Part shown: positions 19,401-28,328 of the stretch, one piece after another
Layout of the letters: each line of letters starts with the position of its first letter
How positions within the stretch are numbered: position 1 is the stretch's first letter
Virus record (IMG/VR): IMGVR_UViG_3300020190_000012
Coordinates: 32,001-96,000 of that record
DNA from: a virus
Reading direction: 5' to 3' (one strand)
Length of the DNA: 64,000 bases
Made by a program: the position numbers and the translations under genes
Notes under the pieces: model-generated
What the model was told of the DNA's origin: nothing
What the model saw: only the letters and a program-made list of their open reading frames with translations
Databases searched by the model: none

Positions 19401-22062
19401 GGAAGCGACTAGAGATCATGCCCTGAGCAAACTTGGTGACCTCCGCTATAAAGTTAATCTTATCTGATGGGTCTGCTGAAATGTCCTCGCCAACAGTGCA
19501 GCAAACCTTGTAGAGACCATCTTCAGGACGGAAGGCCTGGCGGATCGCGTCCTCAAATGAGGCATCCTTTGCCAGGGTTTCAGAAGCATCAGTTGCCATC
19601 TTGGTGGCCTGCTCGACAGCTAGGTCATTGTTCGCGCAGTGGATGAACGCCTGGATGGCATCCTCGGCAGTGACATTCTTGGCATTATCTGCGATGGAGG
19701 CCAAAACAAGGTCGATGGGCTCGGCCATGAGACCTGCAGAAGCACCCTTGGTCATCTCAGAGTTTCTTTCGGCAACTTCACGACGCTGAGACACAGTCCA
19801 AGGGGCTGCATTAATAGAAACCATGAAGGCAGCCTTGGCATGTCTTGATGGCTTGGCTGATATGTACTGCGCAACCTTGGAGATGTCGACGGGATCTAGA
19901 CCATAGATTGCAATGCCATCAGCAATAGAACGGGTTGCAATCTTGACAAGGTCAACTGTACTTGCCTTCTTGGCCATCGATCCGAGTTGAGCCTCTGTAA
20001 TTGCAGTTGGATCGACCCACTTGTGATCCTTACGGAGAATGTCGAGTTGGGCAGACTGAACATGGTCTGTCCAGTCTGCTGGTATCTTGGCAAGGATCTC
20101 GCGGGTTGCATCACCCCACTGACCCTCTGTGATCGTTTCTGGGAAAGAGTTCCAACGTGCCATGAATCCGTTGGATCCGCTAGCTAGTTGCATCTCTGTC
20201 GTGCCTTCGGATGATCCAGACCTCACCTGCGGTGATGCACTAGACACATCTTTGAACGCAGGCTTGGATGCACCAAGACGGCTGTCTGACTCGATGATTT
20301 CGGTGTACTCCGCACCGGTACGTGCGCCCATGCCATTGCCTTCGACAAACTGCCCTTCGATTATGGTGGAAGGAGAGTTGTCGGTGCGGTTTGAAGCTGT
20401 TTTAACGGTGCGGTTGTTAATGTCCAATTCAGGCTCCTTACTAGAGTTGATGTTTTCTTGTTTTTCAAGGGATGCAAGGATGATGAGGGCTGCGCCTTCT
20501 GGATCTTCAGCGATTGCACTCCTCAAGTTATGAGGAAACGCGTCTGCAGATGATGCTCTGACGACACGACCGTCAACAACTTCTGTTATAAACGATTCGC
20601 CGTCAGAGTCGGCGGATATCACAACAGAACAGTTGGCTGACGCGACCTTTGCAATGATTTGGTTCTGTGCCAAAAAATCCTCCGAGGGGAAATACTCGCC
20701 ATCTTCCACGCGGATGGCAAGTCCCTTGCCTCTAATATTGTTTTTTTTCCAAATCTCCTCCCCAAAAGCTGACCTTGGAATAAAAGTTGGCTTGGTAACC
20801 CTGCCTATGTCGTCACCCACATCCTGAAAAGACGGGGTTCCCAAAGATGGGGGTCTTGGGGAGGGTTGCTGAGGCATAGACATTGGGGCCGCTGTTGCAG
20901 GCGCCATTGCAGATGGGGTGGTTTGTGATATCTTTCCACCATCGACAGGCGATGCTGGTGCCGATGTCCCCCTTGCCATCTGTTCAGAAGATGGAGATGG
21001 CAACTGTGCATAACCCATTTCTATAAGTTCATCTGTGGTTTTTTGCACATTCGACATGACCTTAACAAGATCGCTGACATATTCCATAGAAACTGCCTGT
21101 TTTTGTGCCATCATGGACCTGGCAACACGCTCAAGCAGGTTCATTGCTTCATTCAACTCTCCAATTTCTTGTCGACCTGCCACTTTTTTCATTCCGCAAA
21201 CCCCGTCCTTGCAGAATGATTCCTCTGCCACCTTGCTAAACCCCTCGTTTACAGCCCTGACCCTCTCAACAAGGCTAGCAATCTTTTTGCGGACGCCTTC
21301 GGGGTTGAGTATTTCTTGCACGAGGCAATCATGGCATGCTGGATTGACCACAAAACTATCTTCGATAAATTTGACACCAAAATTGTGTTCAAAAATTTGT
21401 TGATCTTTATGTGTGTGGATCTTCTTTTCGCCCTTTTTGCAACCGCAAACTGGACAGGGCTCGTCGCCAGCATTGGGAGACTCATGATACTTACAGACAT
21501 GATCGCCATTGAAGCGCTTCTTCTTGCGCTCTTTGATATGTGAGCAAAATTCTTTTGCAGTTGCAGCTCTGTGATGGCATATGCTGCAGCATGAGTACTG
21601 TACTTGACAGCCCATGGATGTGCCGTTCACGTATCCCTGCTCTATGCCCCTAGCAAGCCTAGGGAAGGCCACGCGGTCAACCATGTTAATTGTATATATA
21701 CCGCCAGTGGAATCGTCGTACCATGCGTGTACAACCTTGCCCCTTGCCTTCTCGATGTCGTCATTTTGGTGGTTGACAAAGACCGGAACCCCGATGAACG
21801 TTTTGGCGGCACGCTTTAACTCAGTCTCACTGAACCAGTCGCCGTTGTCATTGACCTCATTCTTCTTTATTGCAAATACCTTAACAAATAAATGATCGGG
21901 GTGTTCCTTGACGGCTGCAGTTATGTCGAATCCGTTCAGGTCAGTACCAACCTTGGCCGCCTGTTTCTGCAGTGCTTCCGTGTTAAACTCATCCCAATCC
22001 TCGGGAACATTAAGAGCAGTAACCTGCCTCGACCCTGAAATGGAAAACTTGCTTGGAATCAT
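16402..22062 (-). CDS. Giant prohead protease-scaffold protein (1886 aa)
   Basis: N-terminal NDNGDWF...TFIGVPVFVNH...ARGKV...GTSMGC..CSIC resembles HK97-type prohead proteases (His/Ser). Followed by several CxxC pairs, Pro/Gly-rich and acidic tracts, and a helical C-terminus. Lies between portal and MCP. Confidence 0.8.
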   Translation of the reverse strand: MIPSKFSISGSRQVTALNVPEDWDEFNTEALQKQAAKVGTDLNGFDITAAVKEHPDHLFVKVFAIKKNEVNDNGDWFSETELKRAAKTFIGVPVFVNHQNDDIEKARGKVVHAWYDDSTGGIYTINMVDRVAFPRLARGIEQGYVNGTSMGCQVQYSCCSICHHRAATAKEFCSHIKERKKKRFNGDHVCKYHESPNAGDEPCPVCGCKKGEKKIHTHKDQQIFEHNFGVKFIEDSFVVNPACHDCLVQEILNPEGVRKKIASLVERVRAVNEGFSKVAEESFCKDGVCGMKKVAGRQEIGELNEAMNLLERVARSMMAQKQAVSMEYVSDLVKVMSNVQKTTDELIEMGYAQLPSPSSEQMARGTSAPASPVDGGKISQTTPSAMAPATAAPMSMPQQPSPRPPSLGTPSFQDVGDDIGRVTKPTFIPRSAFGEEIWKKNNIRGKGLAIRVEDGEYFPSEDFLAQNQIIAKVASANCSVVISADSDGESFITEVVDGRVVRASSADAFPHNLRSAIAEDPEGAALIILASLEKQENINSSKEPELDINNRTVKTASNRTDNSPSTIIEGQFVEGNGMGARTGAEYTEIIESDSRLGASKPAFKDVSSASPQVRSGSSEGTTEMQLASGSNGFMARWNSFPETITEGQWGDATREILAKIPADWTDHVQSAQLDILRKDHKWVDPTAITEAQLGSMAKKASTVDLVKIATRSIADGIAIYGLDPVDISKVAQYISAKPSRHAKAAFMVSINAAPWTVSQRREVAERNSEMTKGASAGLMAEPIDLVLASIADNAKNVTAEDAIQAFIHCANNDLAVEQATKMATDASETLAKDASFEDAIRQAFRPEDGLYKVCCTVGEDISADPSDKINFIAEVTKFAQGMISSRFPGVDVVPMSIDFDDANGIVEAVVKEAKMLTSAEEEAYHKFASDVESTMKKAPKTKVAVASSETYDSREDRISRRAKLLEEIERLEKKAQVGGAMPSALNPAGMGAGVAVPGAMPPGMPGAEALTGAPPAPGAPAGMPGAPASAPTDPLGLDTDTLGKAKPPAAVCVVCGNQDVDVAGGKSQCKGPGCGSGFTIKVIPDASLLDNITDGDIDKEDVGGDNPAEPDKGLGGIGAELPPGMPPLGAPGLPPVAASTRITPETLRKIASKGALGSVSPITGERNTVKLDNETWMCLDSGQMYKVRLAASTTSPKDVYAQWEWVPEFKKASCSSCARKRASINSALNEVGVDRATFDGMSVVKKAEVLNEALSKGAVKQVKIASEDETAIGSFKKAFTMHGEFPMNECVEKLARRYGADSVALSGPCRGNSLPDCVCSKLAGANVYSTIVADKVASSWAQPDPMCECVEDLVREGMGLKQASNACEMIKAAYAEDEEYLADDLADGDGETDLSQQDETEESDPFDGEDDSESGDKKTISVTLDVTPEVLEQIDEQIQKALTKAWSEDESDMDTEVDMGAEMSDDVGTDVPEDSVEVDDIDDVEDVDEEESVEVSPTVEDEDSSDEDSSDEDSSDEDSSDDNPNGETEEKDAVMEKTAPNYAKSKSNETFDIEKEAMALRRGRVVGVGKLELDISRLASALTKEAGEKAVEIGHAQKQPELGTVMTGKAGLKSPKVVENGGKPLSREHGEGFDADMPKVPVDGPSFSGDKIKGEKGNMATGGVQGAGKSASGKLHNQKAAFSDSLAKLASELGLKTELVQNQEDLGDVGTSEGLEGMGELEVPEGNESAGLSLPSIPVGGQDGAEKQNLMTGGQVGSGKSGPVGGYAKKKAGEDSSELALKVAGKMVAAGMISADSLPAKAKELMGYKVAQLVDLEKAMFAEGVVAKGLKTASAGSETAFVIPEQKSERNAYGDLKSKISSMFRLQQQVELADQTETNVLRRVFK
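17498..17562. repeat. 15-bp tandem repeat, 4.3 copies, encoding (EDSSD)n
   Basis: Exact unit TCGTCAGAAGAGTCT. Confidence 0.95.
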
Positions 22063-22472
22063 GCCCTCACTGTCCTCGGGATTCTTACATTAGCCAAATG
22101 GGTCAATGTATAGTTGAACTGATTCTTAGGATATGGTATTCTGTATTTATCTGAAAGGAAAGACAGGGCCGAAGCAATGTTAGTAAAATATTTTCCATAC
22201 GGGCTGTAGACTTTAGACTCAAATTTCATCCAGTTGGATGGCAACTTTTTGATACCTGCAAAAAATGCCTTCTTGAGATCTTTGGTTCTCGCTGGCGAGC
22301 ATACAACATAATAGTCTGAGTTGGTGGTGTAGTCGTGGCCTTGCCATCTGTGGTATGCCCCAGAACCAATTTCCCTCTCGTATCTCTTCTTGAGAGGCTC
22401 GGTACGCTCAGTGTATACCTCTTCCCAATTGATGTTACGGTCACGTATCCTGCGTGCTGAAATCTTCAGCAT
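22059..22472 (-). CDS. Basic hypothetical protein between portal and protease
   Basis: ATG 22472 minimises overlap with the portal; the stop overlaps the protease ATG. Confidence 0.65.
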   Translation of the reverse strand: MLKISARRIRDRNINWEEVYTERTEPLKKRYEREIGSGAYHRWQGHDYTTNSDYYVVCSPARTKDLKKAFFAGIKKLPSNWMKFESKVYSPYGKYFTNIASALSFLSDKYRIPYPKNQFNYTLTHLANVRIPRTVRA

Positions 22473-24654
22473 GGGATGCACCTGTTGGTAAGAAAATGTC
22501 GGCCACATCTGTGGAAATGACACGAGGCTCTCCATCAGATAAAGATGCCGAAGTTTTGCCCAAAATCCTCCGCTCTTCTATCGCTTCTCTAATATTTGAC
22601 ATCACAACTTGAGCAACTTCGTCCACCCGACTGTTGAGGGCACCCTCTTTTATCCTTATAACCCGCCAACCAAGTTGTGCAAGTTTCATGTCTCTTGCTC
22701 GGTCACGCTCAATGGCTTCGGGATCTGAATGCCACATTTCTCCATCTGCCTCCACATCAACTCCGATTTGAGGATATGCAAAATCTAGAAGGAATGGCTG
22801 TCTCTGACCTGGCATGTACTGCTGGAATTGTGCAAAAAGTGGGTACGGAACCGCAAGTTGGTTGAGGATCGATGCCAACTTCTGCTCCGGCTTTGTCAAA
22901 AATATCTTCGTAGGCTGTGGAGGTTTGGGCATATCTTTTGCCTTTGGCCCCTTGCCCTTCTTAAATATCTTTCCTGACAAAATGGATGCGGCTGCCGCCA
23001 TGGGCGGAGCACCAGGGTTGCCACCCATGGCAGGAATTGCCGATGGAGCACCACCAGGCGGAGACATCCCCAAATCCATCGGCGGTGCACCTCCGCCCAT
23101 GGGGGCTGGAGCAGGCGGCGCACCACCACCAGCACCTCCCAATCCGCCCATTATGCTTCCTAGGTCTCCGATTCCGCCGCCGCCACCGCCGCCACCAGGC
23201 TGTCCGCCAAGAACCTGACCTCCAGTACCCGCCATAACCTGTTCTTCCCTGATGCGTGCAACCTCAATATCAAAGTCTATATCAAATGTATCAAGCAACT
23301 TTTGCCTGCTGATAACCTGCTTGTCATACAACTGAATAATCTTGTTCAACGATTCAGAGTTGTCACGAAGACGAAGATCGTTCCATTTTATTCTTGGATA
23401 CAGCCATACAGTTTCGTTCAACTGCTTCGATTTTACTGTGTCAACAAAACCCTGCATTTGAGCAACGGGTAAGAATATGTTTCTTTCTGCCCACTGTGCC
23501 AACTCCATACGCCAGGTTTCAAGTCTTCTGATGAGGGTCTCCACGCCAACAGCAGCACCAGAATAAGCCTGCATCTCTCCGTTGAGCAAGGTCTGGTTGA
23601 GCATTAGACCGTCAAGCATCTCCTTGCCGACATATTCGAGCTGATTGCTTATATCGTGGATTTTGCCAGTTGCACCCTCCCAAGTCATCTCGAATGCATG
23701 GTGAGTAACAATGGTCAAATTTGGATCATTTGCCACTGCAGCAAGTTGAGCCTGCACATCTGCAATATCCATCTCATTTGCAGGGCGCTCGGCAGTGCCA
23801 ACCTTTACTATTCTTATTGGCAATATATGACGCTCTGCCACGATCCAGTTCGCTGTCATCAACTTGGTTTTGTATGCAATCGTCATGAAGAGTCGACGCA
23901 GCAATGACTCTCCATAAGTTCCATAAGGACTCCCCTTATGTCGCAAATGACTCACGCAGCGCGGACTAAGAGGTATGGCCTGCCCGGCGGCAACAAGGTC
24001 ACGAACCTGCGGAGATATCTTGTCATAGATATCCTTTGGCTTCTTCTGCTGCACCACTCTGCGTAGATCATCATCTGGCAACATGGCAATTGTTGGGTGG
24101 TCGGCAAGTTGCGTGTTTTGAACCTCAACGAAATCTGGATTGAGGATCATCAGTCTTTTGAATGTTCCGCCCGGATGGTTGCATATCGTGCCGTCAGGAA
24201 GGTTTGTCCTACCTCCGCACACTGGGCAGTCTATTTCCAAAAACACGAAAACATCACCAAGCAAAAAATATTCGTGCGATATCTTTCTGAACCAGTGATC
24301 AAGGTTGAGTTTTTCAACCATGTGCTCAAAATAGTTCAAGACCTTTCGATCTCTGCACTCCAGTTTGAATCCATTCATGGGGAATGTTGCATAGAAATCT
24401 ATACCACCAGCAGCCTTTGGCTCGTTTTCGTAATAGAAACGCGCCCACTGGTACACTTCCTTGCGTCTGCTTGCTATCTGCCAACTCTGCGGAGTGTGCA
24501 GAGGAGAGAAAAACATCGGCTGGGTGAATATGGTGGACACATTCCCACCAACATATTGAGCCGCCTTGGTCAGCGGCAGCGGAACTATAGTTCCGTTTGC
24601 ATATGTCTTGTTGTCCACCATCGATTCACTACTTGCGTTTTTCTTGGTTGCCAT
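22441..24654 (-). CDS. Portal protein with Gly/Pro/Met linker and C-terminal DUF559/Vsr-like endonuclease domain
   Basis: Portal-like WARFYYENEP..AGGIDFY..FP, EYFLLGDVF, LNPDFVEV, HLRHKGSPYGTYGESLL. C-terminal TKPEQKL...LDFAYPQIGVDVEADGEMWH...DRARDMKLAQLGWRVIRI. Confidence 0.85.
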   Translation of the reverse strand: MATKKNASSESMVDNKTYANGTIVPLPLTKAAQYVGGNVSTIFTQPMFFSPLHTPQSWQIASRRKEVYQWARFYYENEPKAAGGIDFYATFPMNGFKLECRDRKVLNYFEHMVEKLNLDHWFRKISHEYFLLGDVFVFLEIDCPVCGGRTNLPDGTICNHPGGTFKRLMILNPDFVEVQNTQLADHPTIAMLPDDDLRRVVQQKKPKDIYDKISPQVRDLVAAGQAIPLSPRCVSHLRHKGSPYGTYGESLLRRLFMTIAYKTKLMTANWIVAERHILPIRIVKVGTAERPANEMDIADVQAQLAAVANDPNLTIVTHHAFEMTWEGATGKIHDISNQLEYVGKEMLDGLMLNQTLLNGEMQAYSGAAVGVETLIRRLETWRMELAQWAERNIFLPVAQMQGFVDTVKSKQLNETVWLYPRIKWNDLRLRDNSESLNKIIQLYDKQVISRQKLLDTFDIDFDIEVARIREEQVMAGTGGQVLGGQPGGGGGGGGIGDLGSIMGGLGGAGGGAPPAPAPMGGGAPPMDLGMSPPGGAPSAIPAMGGNPGAPPMAAAASILSGKIFKKGKGPKAKDMPKPPQPTKIFLTKPEQKLASILNQLAVPYPLFAQFQQYMPGQRQPFLLDFAYPQIGVDVEADGEMWHSDPEAIERDRARDMKLAQLGWRVIRIKEGALNSRVDEVAQVVMSNIREAIEERRILGKTSASLSDGEPRVISTDVADIFLPTGASHAEDFSTQDT

Positions 24655-24684
24655 GAGATGATGTCCTATAGTGGTTTTTCGTCA

Positions 24685-24870
24685 TCATGCCTGCACGGCA
24701 ACAACTTGAGCTAGAGACGCTCCACAGTTAACACAATTAGACGCTGTTGCGTTGTTACAGCTCCTACAAACTGGACAATTTTTCTTCCAGCCTGCCATTG
24801 GCTTTTTCTTCTCACCATCTCTGAACGGGGTCGAGAGGGGGTCGAATGCGGCAGTTTTAGATGCCGTCAA
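24685..24870 (-). CDS. Small zinc-ribbon protein
   Basis: CPVC..N....NCVNCG; begins MTASKTAA. Confidence 0.6.
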   Translation of the reverse strand: MTASKTAAFDPLSTPFRDGEKKKPMAGWKKNCPVCRSCNNATASNCVNCGASLAQVVAVQA

Positions 24871-25838
24871 CTCTTTTTTTTTGATGCCGAAATGTTGAAT
24901 GGGGCAAAAGTGACGCGACCATTATTCCCCTTCAAATCACCACGTGCTGCAGCCATTCTAGATTCTAGAGAACTAAATTCAGGGATGAATGGGCGCGGAC
25001 TGCCGTCAGTTGGAACGCGCAGATCGTTGCCAACTGGAACGACTTTGTTAACTTCAAAACGATCCTCAATGTAACCACCGCCCGACAGACCGTGAGCTCC
25101 ATCGAAAGGACGATAATATTTGTCCATGACATTGCCACGCCACAATGTTTCAAAATCTATGTCGTAGATTCCGCCAAAGAAGAACTGGTTGTTCTTGTTG
25201 CGTTCAAGAGCAGAAATATTACTCTCCACATCTCTAATGAAGGGGCTTGGCCTTGTTTGCCCTGGGCCAAACAATATGATGTTCTCCATGTTACCATGTG
25301 AGGCCTGCTTAGTCAAGTTGAAAACATTTTTCTTAGAAGCAGTCTTAACTGTTTTTGTAATCTTAGAAAACCGCTCGGCAAGTAGGCTGATCTGCTCGTC
25401 TGAAGCCTCCACAATCCTGTCTAGGCTGGCAGCTGCCTTCTCAACTGCGTCCACCGGAACAACAGATGGAGCAATCACATCAGAATATATTTGGAATGCC
25501 CTGTCAGCAATATCGGCAGAATTTTCTGAATCCTCGTCCTGTTGATAAAAATCTTGAAGAGCCTCTTCAAACATGGAGGCGTTAGGTGATGTGCCGAGAC
25601 GGGGTGCGAAAAAACCATTCCACACCTCATTGTAGCCAGATCCAGGCTCACCATCCCTCCTGAAACTATTCAGGAATTCAAACATTTCCGTGTGGTTTGA
25701 GAATGACGGCAACTCCACTTGCGCCAAGCCCGCAGTCTGTGGGGCAACTGGATCCATGACAAGTGGGGCCTCAGGCACAAGCAACTGCTCTGCTTCCGTC
25801 GTTCTTATCTGCGCAACTTTGGAAAGATTGAATTTCAC
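24867..25838 (-). CDS. Hypothetical head-region protein
   Basis: 323 aa with coupled overlaps; FNLSKVAQ and an internal FNLTKQAS. Confidence 0.75.
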   Translation of the reverse strand: MKFNLSKVAQIRTTEAEQLLVPEAPLVMDPVAPQTAGLAQVELPSFSNHTEMFEFLNSFRRDGEPGSGYNEVWNGFFAPRLGTSPNASMFEEALQDFYQQDEDSENSADIADRAFQIYSDVIAPSVVPVDAVEKAAASLDRIVEASDEQISLLAERFSKITKTVKTASKKNVFNLTKQASHGNMENIILFGPGQTRPSPFIRDVESNISALERNKNNQFFFGGIYDIDFETLWRGNVMDKYYRPFDGAHGLSGGGYIEDRFEVNKVVPVGNDLRVPTDGSPRPFIPEFSSLESRMAAARGDLKGNNGRVTFAPFNISASKKKS

Positions 25839-26476
25839 TTGAATTGTTTACCTTTAAGCGCTTCGAACATTCTTGTGACGGCACTAACATCAGAAGACGA
25901 AGGCCTTCTTGATGCATGCTTTGATGCCAAAGAGTCAAACATGGAAGCAGCCATATCTCTGCTGTTGACTGGAGACTTCGGCTGAGCCACCTCACATTCA
26001 ACAGTTGGCTTGGCAACCATCGGAGCATCCTTGATGTGGGAGAATGCCTCCTTGTCAAAGATGCTAACAGAGTCGTTGCGAATGAGACCTCTGCCGCCAG
26101 ATTTGCCAGAAAGAGATGAGACATGAGCGGCCATCCGCTCCGCAGAGGTGGGCAAGGGTTCTTCCTCCTTGACAGCATGCTCATTCACACTATCGGCAGC
26201 CACCCGTGGAGCAGGTGGGTCCTTAAGCCCAAATAGGGTGTCTGATGCGGCCTTTACTCCAAGGCTCCCAACATGCCCACCTGCATCAATTGTGTGTGAG
26301 CCTAAAAGCCTATTACGGAGCAATCCTCCCTCGGAAACCTCGGTCTCAGGAGAGCCAGCCACTTTACGAGCAAAGTTTTCAAGCCAAGAAGGCCGAGAAG
26401 CTTCTTCTGCTAGCTTTTCAACTTTGTTCCCAAAAAGTTCAGACCGACCCTCATTTTGATTTTTGAAAATTCTCAT
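25835..26476 (-). CDS. Hypothetical head-region protein
   Basis: 213 aa, 4-nt overlaps. Confidence 0.7.
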   Translation of the reverse strand: MRIFKNQNEGRSELFGNKVEKLAEEASRPSWLENFARKVAGSPETEVSEGGLLRNRLLGSHTIDAGGHVGSLGVKAASDTLFGLKDPPAPRVAADSVNEHAVKEEEPLPTSAERMAAHVSSLSGKSGGRGLIRNDSVSIFDKEAFSHIKDAPMVAKPTVECEVAQPKSPVNSRDMAASMFDSLASKHASRRPSSSDVSAVTRMFEALKGKQFK

Positions 26477-27081
26477 ATGCGGAAACCTGCTTTCTTCAGG
26501 GCATCTGCCATGGCAGATTTCCTCATCATGAAGGCATCATGATGTGCCGAAGCAGCCTTTGCGATGGCATCTCCTGCAAGATCTGCAAACGAATCGTTTT
26601 CGGTGGAAGGCTGGACGGCTTTGGGCTTTTTGCTGCTGAAATTGACTATATAGTTACGACCCTCATGACTCATATTTCCCTCCAAGCCAAATGCCTCACA
26701 GATCTGACCTGCAATTTGTGAAGCATGAGACTCTGTGATACGAGATTTTGCAGTCGCTGAAGGTATCATGAAAGATCCACTTAACTCACCTGACCCAATC
26801 GAAGATATCTGCCGAAAGATTTTCTTAGAGACCTTCGGGTCTGTCAAATGTCTTGGTTCAACACCAAGACCTTCCAAGACTGCAAAAACATACTCCCTCA
26901 AAGACTTCTCTCTGCCCTCATTCGATGCAGGCGCCTGATCCTGTGACGGGGCGGGCAGAGGAGCTGAACTGCCCGTATCCATGTATACAGACCCCATTTC
27001 AGGCTGAGGGATCTGCTCGTCTGCCAACTTAAAAAGCTGGCTCTGCATATGCCTGCGTCGGCCCACCGGCAGGAAAGACAT
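26473..27081 (-). CDS. Hypothetical head-region protein
   Basis: 202 aa, in operon. Confidence 0.7.
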   Translation of the reverse strand: MSFLPVGRRRHMQSQLFKLADEQIPQPEMGSVYMDTGSSAPLPAPSQDQAPASNEGREKSLREYVFAVLEGLGVEPRHLTDPKVSKKIFRQISSIGSGELSGSFMIPSATAKSRITESHASQIAGQICEAFGLEGNMSHEGRNYIVNFSSKKPKAVQPSTENDSFADLAGDAIAKAASAHHDAFMMRKSAMADALKKAGFRI

Positions 27082-27084
27082 CGT

Positions 27085-27696
27085 TCAGTTCTCCGTGTCA
27101 AGAACGGCGTCTATGAAGTCCTTGGGCCAAATGTTGGACCAGTATGAACGGAACTTGCCCTTCTGCTTGTCGGTGAGATTGGCTATCTTGACAAACTTCG
27201 GATGCTCAGATGAAGTCTTCGGCCGACGAGGAGGATTGCTATGCGGCCTGTAGGCATTTCCTATCTCCTCTTCCTCGCCACCAGAATCAGATGCGCAGGA
27301 TGAGTCTGACTCCTTTGTGCCATAACCGCAGCCAGCGGCAGCAACAGCACCCATGGCCTCTGTGATCTCTTCATCAGCGTGGTCGTCTTCAATATCCACA
27401 TCGGTCTCGTCATCGCTGGAATTGGCAAGAACGAGCAAGACCTCGTCGTCATTTACCTTGATCACGTCGGCAATCTTGCTGAAGCCATCGGATTCGGCTT
27501 CCTTGGGCTTCTTTTTGCGCTCATTGATCTTGTCCTTGATGAAGGCAGGCAATTCTTTCTTAGCCTCCTTCTCTAGGACTTCTGGCGCATCGACTGCAGA
27601 TGCCTGCTTACTCATCCCACCTGTAACGTCCCGAATGATGTCATTAAAACTTCGGGACGGCCCATTGACTGATATTTTATTGCTGAAGAACTTCAT
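27085..27696 (-). CDS. Acidic hypothetical head-region protein
   Basis: ATG 27696 with AAAGGAG RBS; KQAS, KEAK, KIAD, KIAN motifs. Confidence 0.75.
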   Translation of the reverse strand: MKFFSNKISVNGPSRSFNDIIRDVTGGMSKQASAVDAPEVLEKEAKKELPAFIKDKINERKKKPKEAESDGFSKIADVIKVNDDEVLLVLANSSDDETDVDIEDDHADEEITEAMGAVAAAGCGYGTKESDSSCASDSGGEEEEIGNAYRPHSNPPRRPKTSSEHPKFVKIANLTDKQKGKFRSYWSNIWPKDFIDAVLDTEN

Positions 27697-27733
27697 ATTT
27701 GCTCCTTTGTTGTTCTTTTCTCTTAAACCCCAA

Positions 27734-28324
27734 TCACACCTCGTCAGGGAGTGATGCTTTGGTAATTTCCCACGCCTCATCTCTCAAGCAAGAAGCTGCC
27801 ACACGCAGCCTGCCTGCTGTCGAAGGATCTTTCGATTGTATGGAAGAGGCAACTTTTCCCATTTCGTTTGAACATCGAACCAGTCTGTCCGGAATGGCTA
27901 TTGCGTGCTCTGCAACTGCCTCTGGAATGGCAATCCTCTCTGGAGTTCCAGAAGCCATCTTTGCTTCAATTATGGTCTGAAGATTGAAATCCCCACCCAT
28001 TGGTTCTTTTTCCCATGAACCATCAGAAGATGCGTACTTGTTCCAGGTCTTCACGTCGCCAGAAATTGCAGATACATATTCACTGTGACACTCGCTCCAC
28101 GCCTCCTGTGGACGCATGCCCTGTGCACGCTTGTGTCTAAAACATCCCTGCCAGCACCTGCTGTTGCGCACAGCCACCCCTTGTATGCCCATGTACTGAG
28201 CGGTTTTGACCATAGAGAGGTCAGACGCAATATCGTCAAGTCTAACCGCCTGTGGATGATTACCATTAGCGTCAAGTCCGTTGGCAATGAGAACAATGTC
28301 CTTGATGATATTTGATAGTTCCAT
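27734..28324 (-). CDS. Hypothetical head-region protein
   Basis: 196 aa; IANGLDANG....A.RLD helical leader then VKTAQY; Cys-containing core (CWQGC..., ECH). Confidence 0.7.
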   Translation of the reverse strand: MELSNIIKDIVLIANGLDANGNHPQAVRLDDIASDLSMVKTAQYMGIQGVAVRNSRCWQGCFRHKRAQGMRPQEAWSECHSEYVSAISGDVKTWNKYASSDGSWEKEPMGGDFNLQTIIEAKMASGTPERIAIPEAVAEHAIAIPDRLVRCSNEMGKVASSIQSKDPSTAGRLRVAASCLRDEAWEITKASLPDEV

Positions 28325-28328
28325 GACT

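Noticed and set aside
15777-21895. Many long plus-strand ORFs opposite the capsid and scaffold genes (also 37708-38802 opposite the fibre)
   Set aside because: These are antisense shadows of biased codon usage, with no RBS or recognisable motifs.
22640-22900. Intein-associated endonuclease in the portal
   Set aside because: No N-terminal Cys/Ser block or His-Asn splice junction, and the domain is terminal rather than inserted. No inteins were evident in TerL or NrdJ either.
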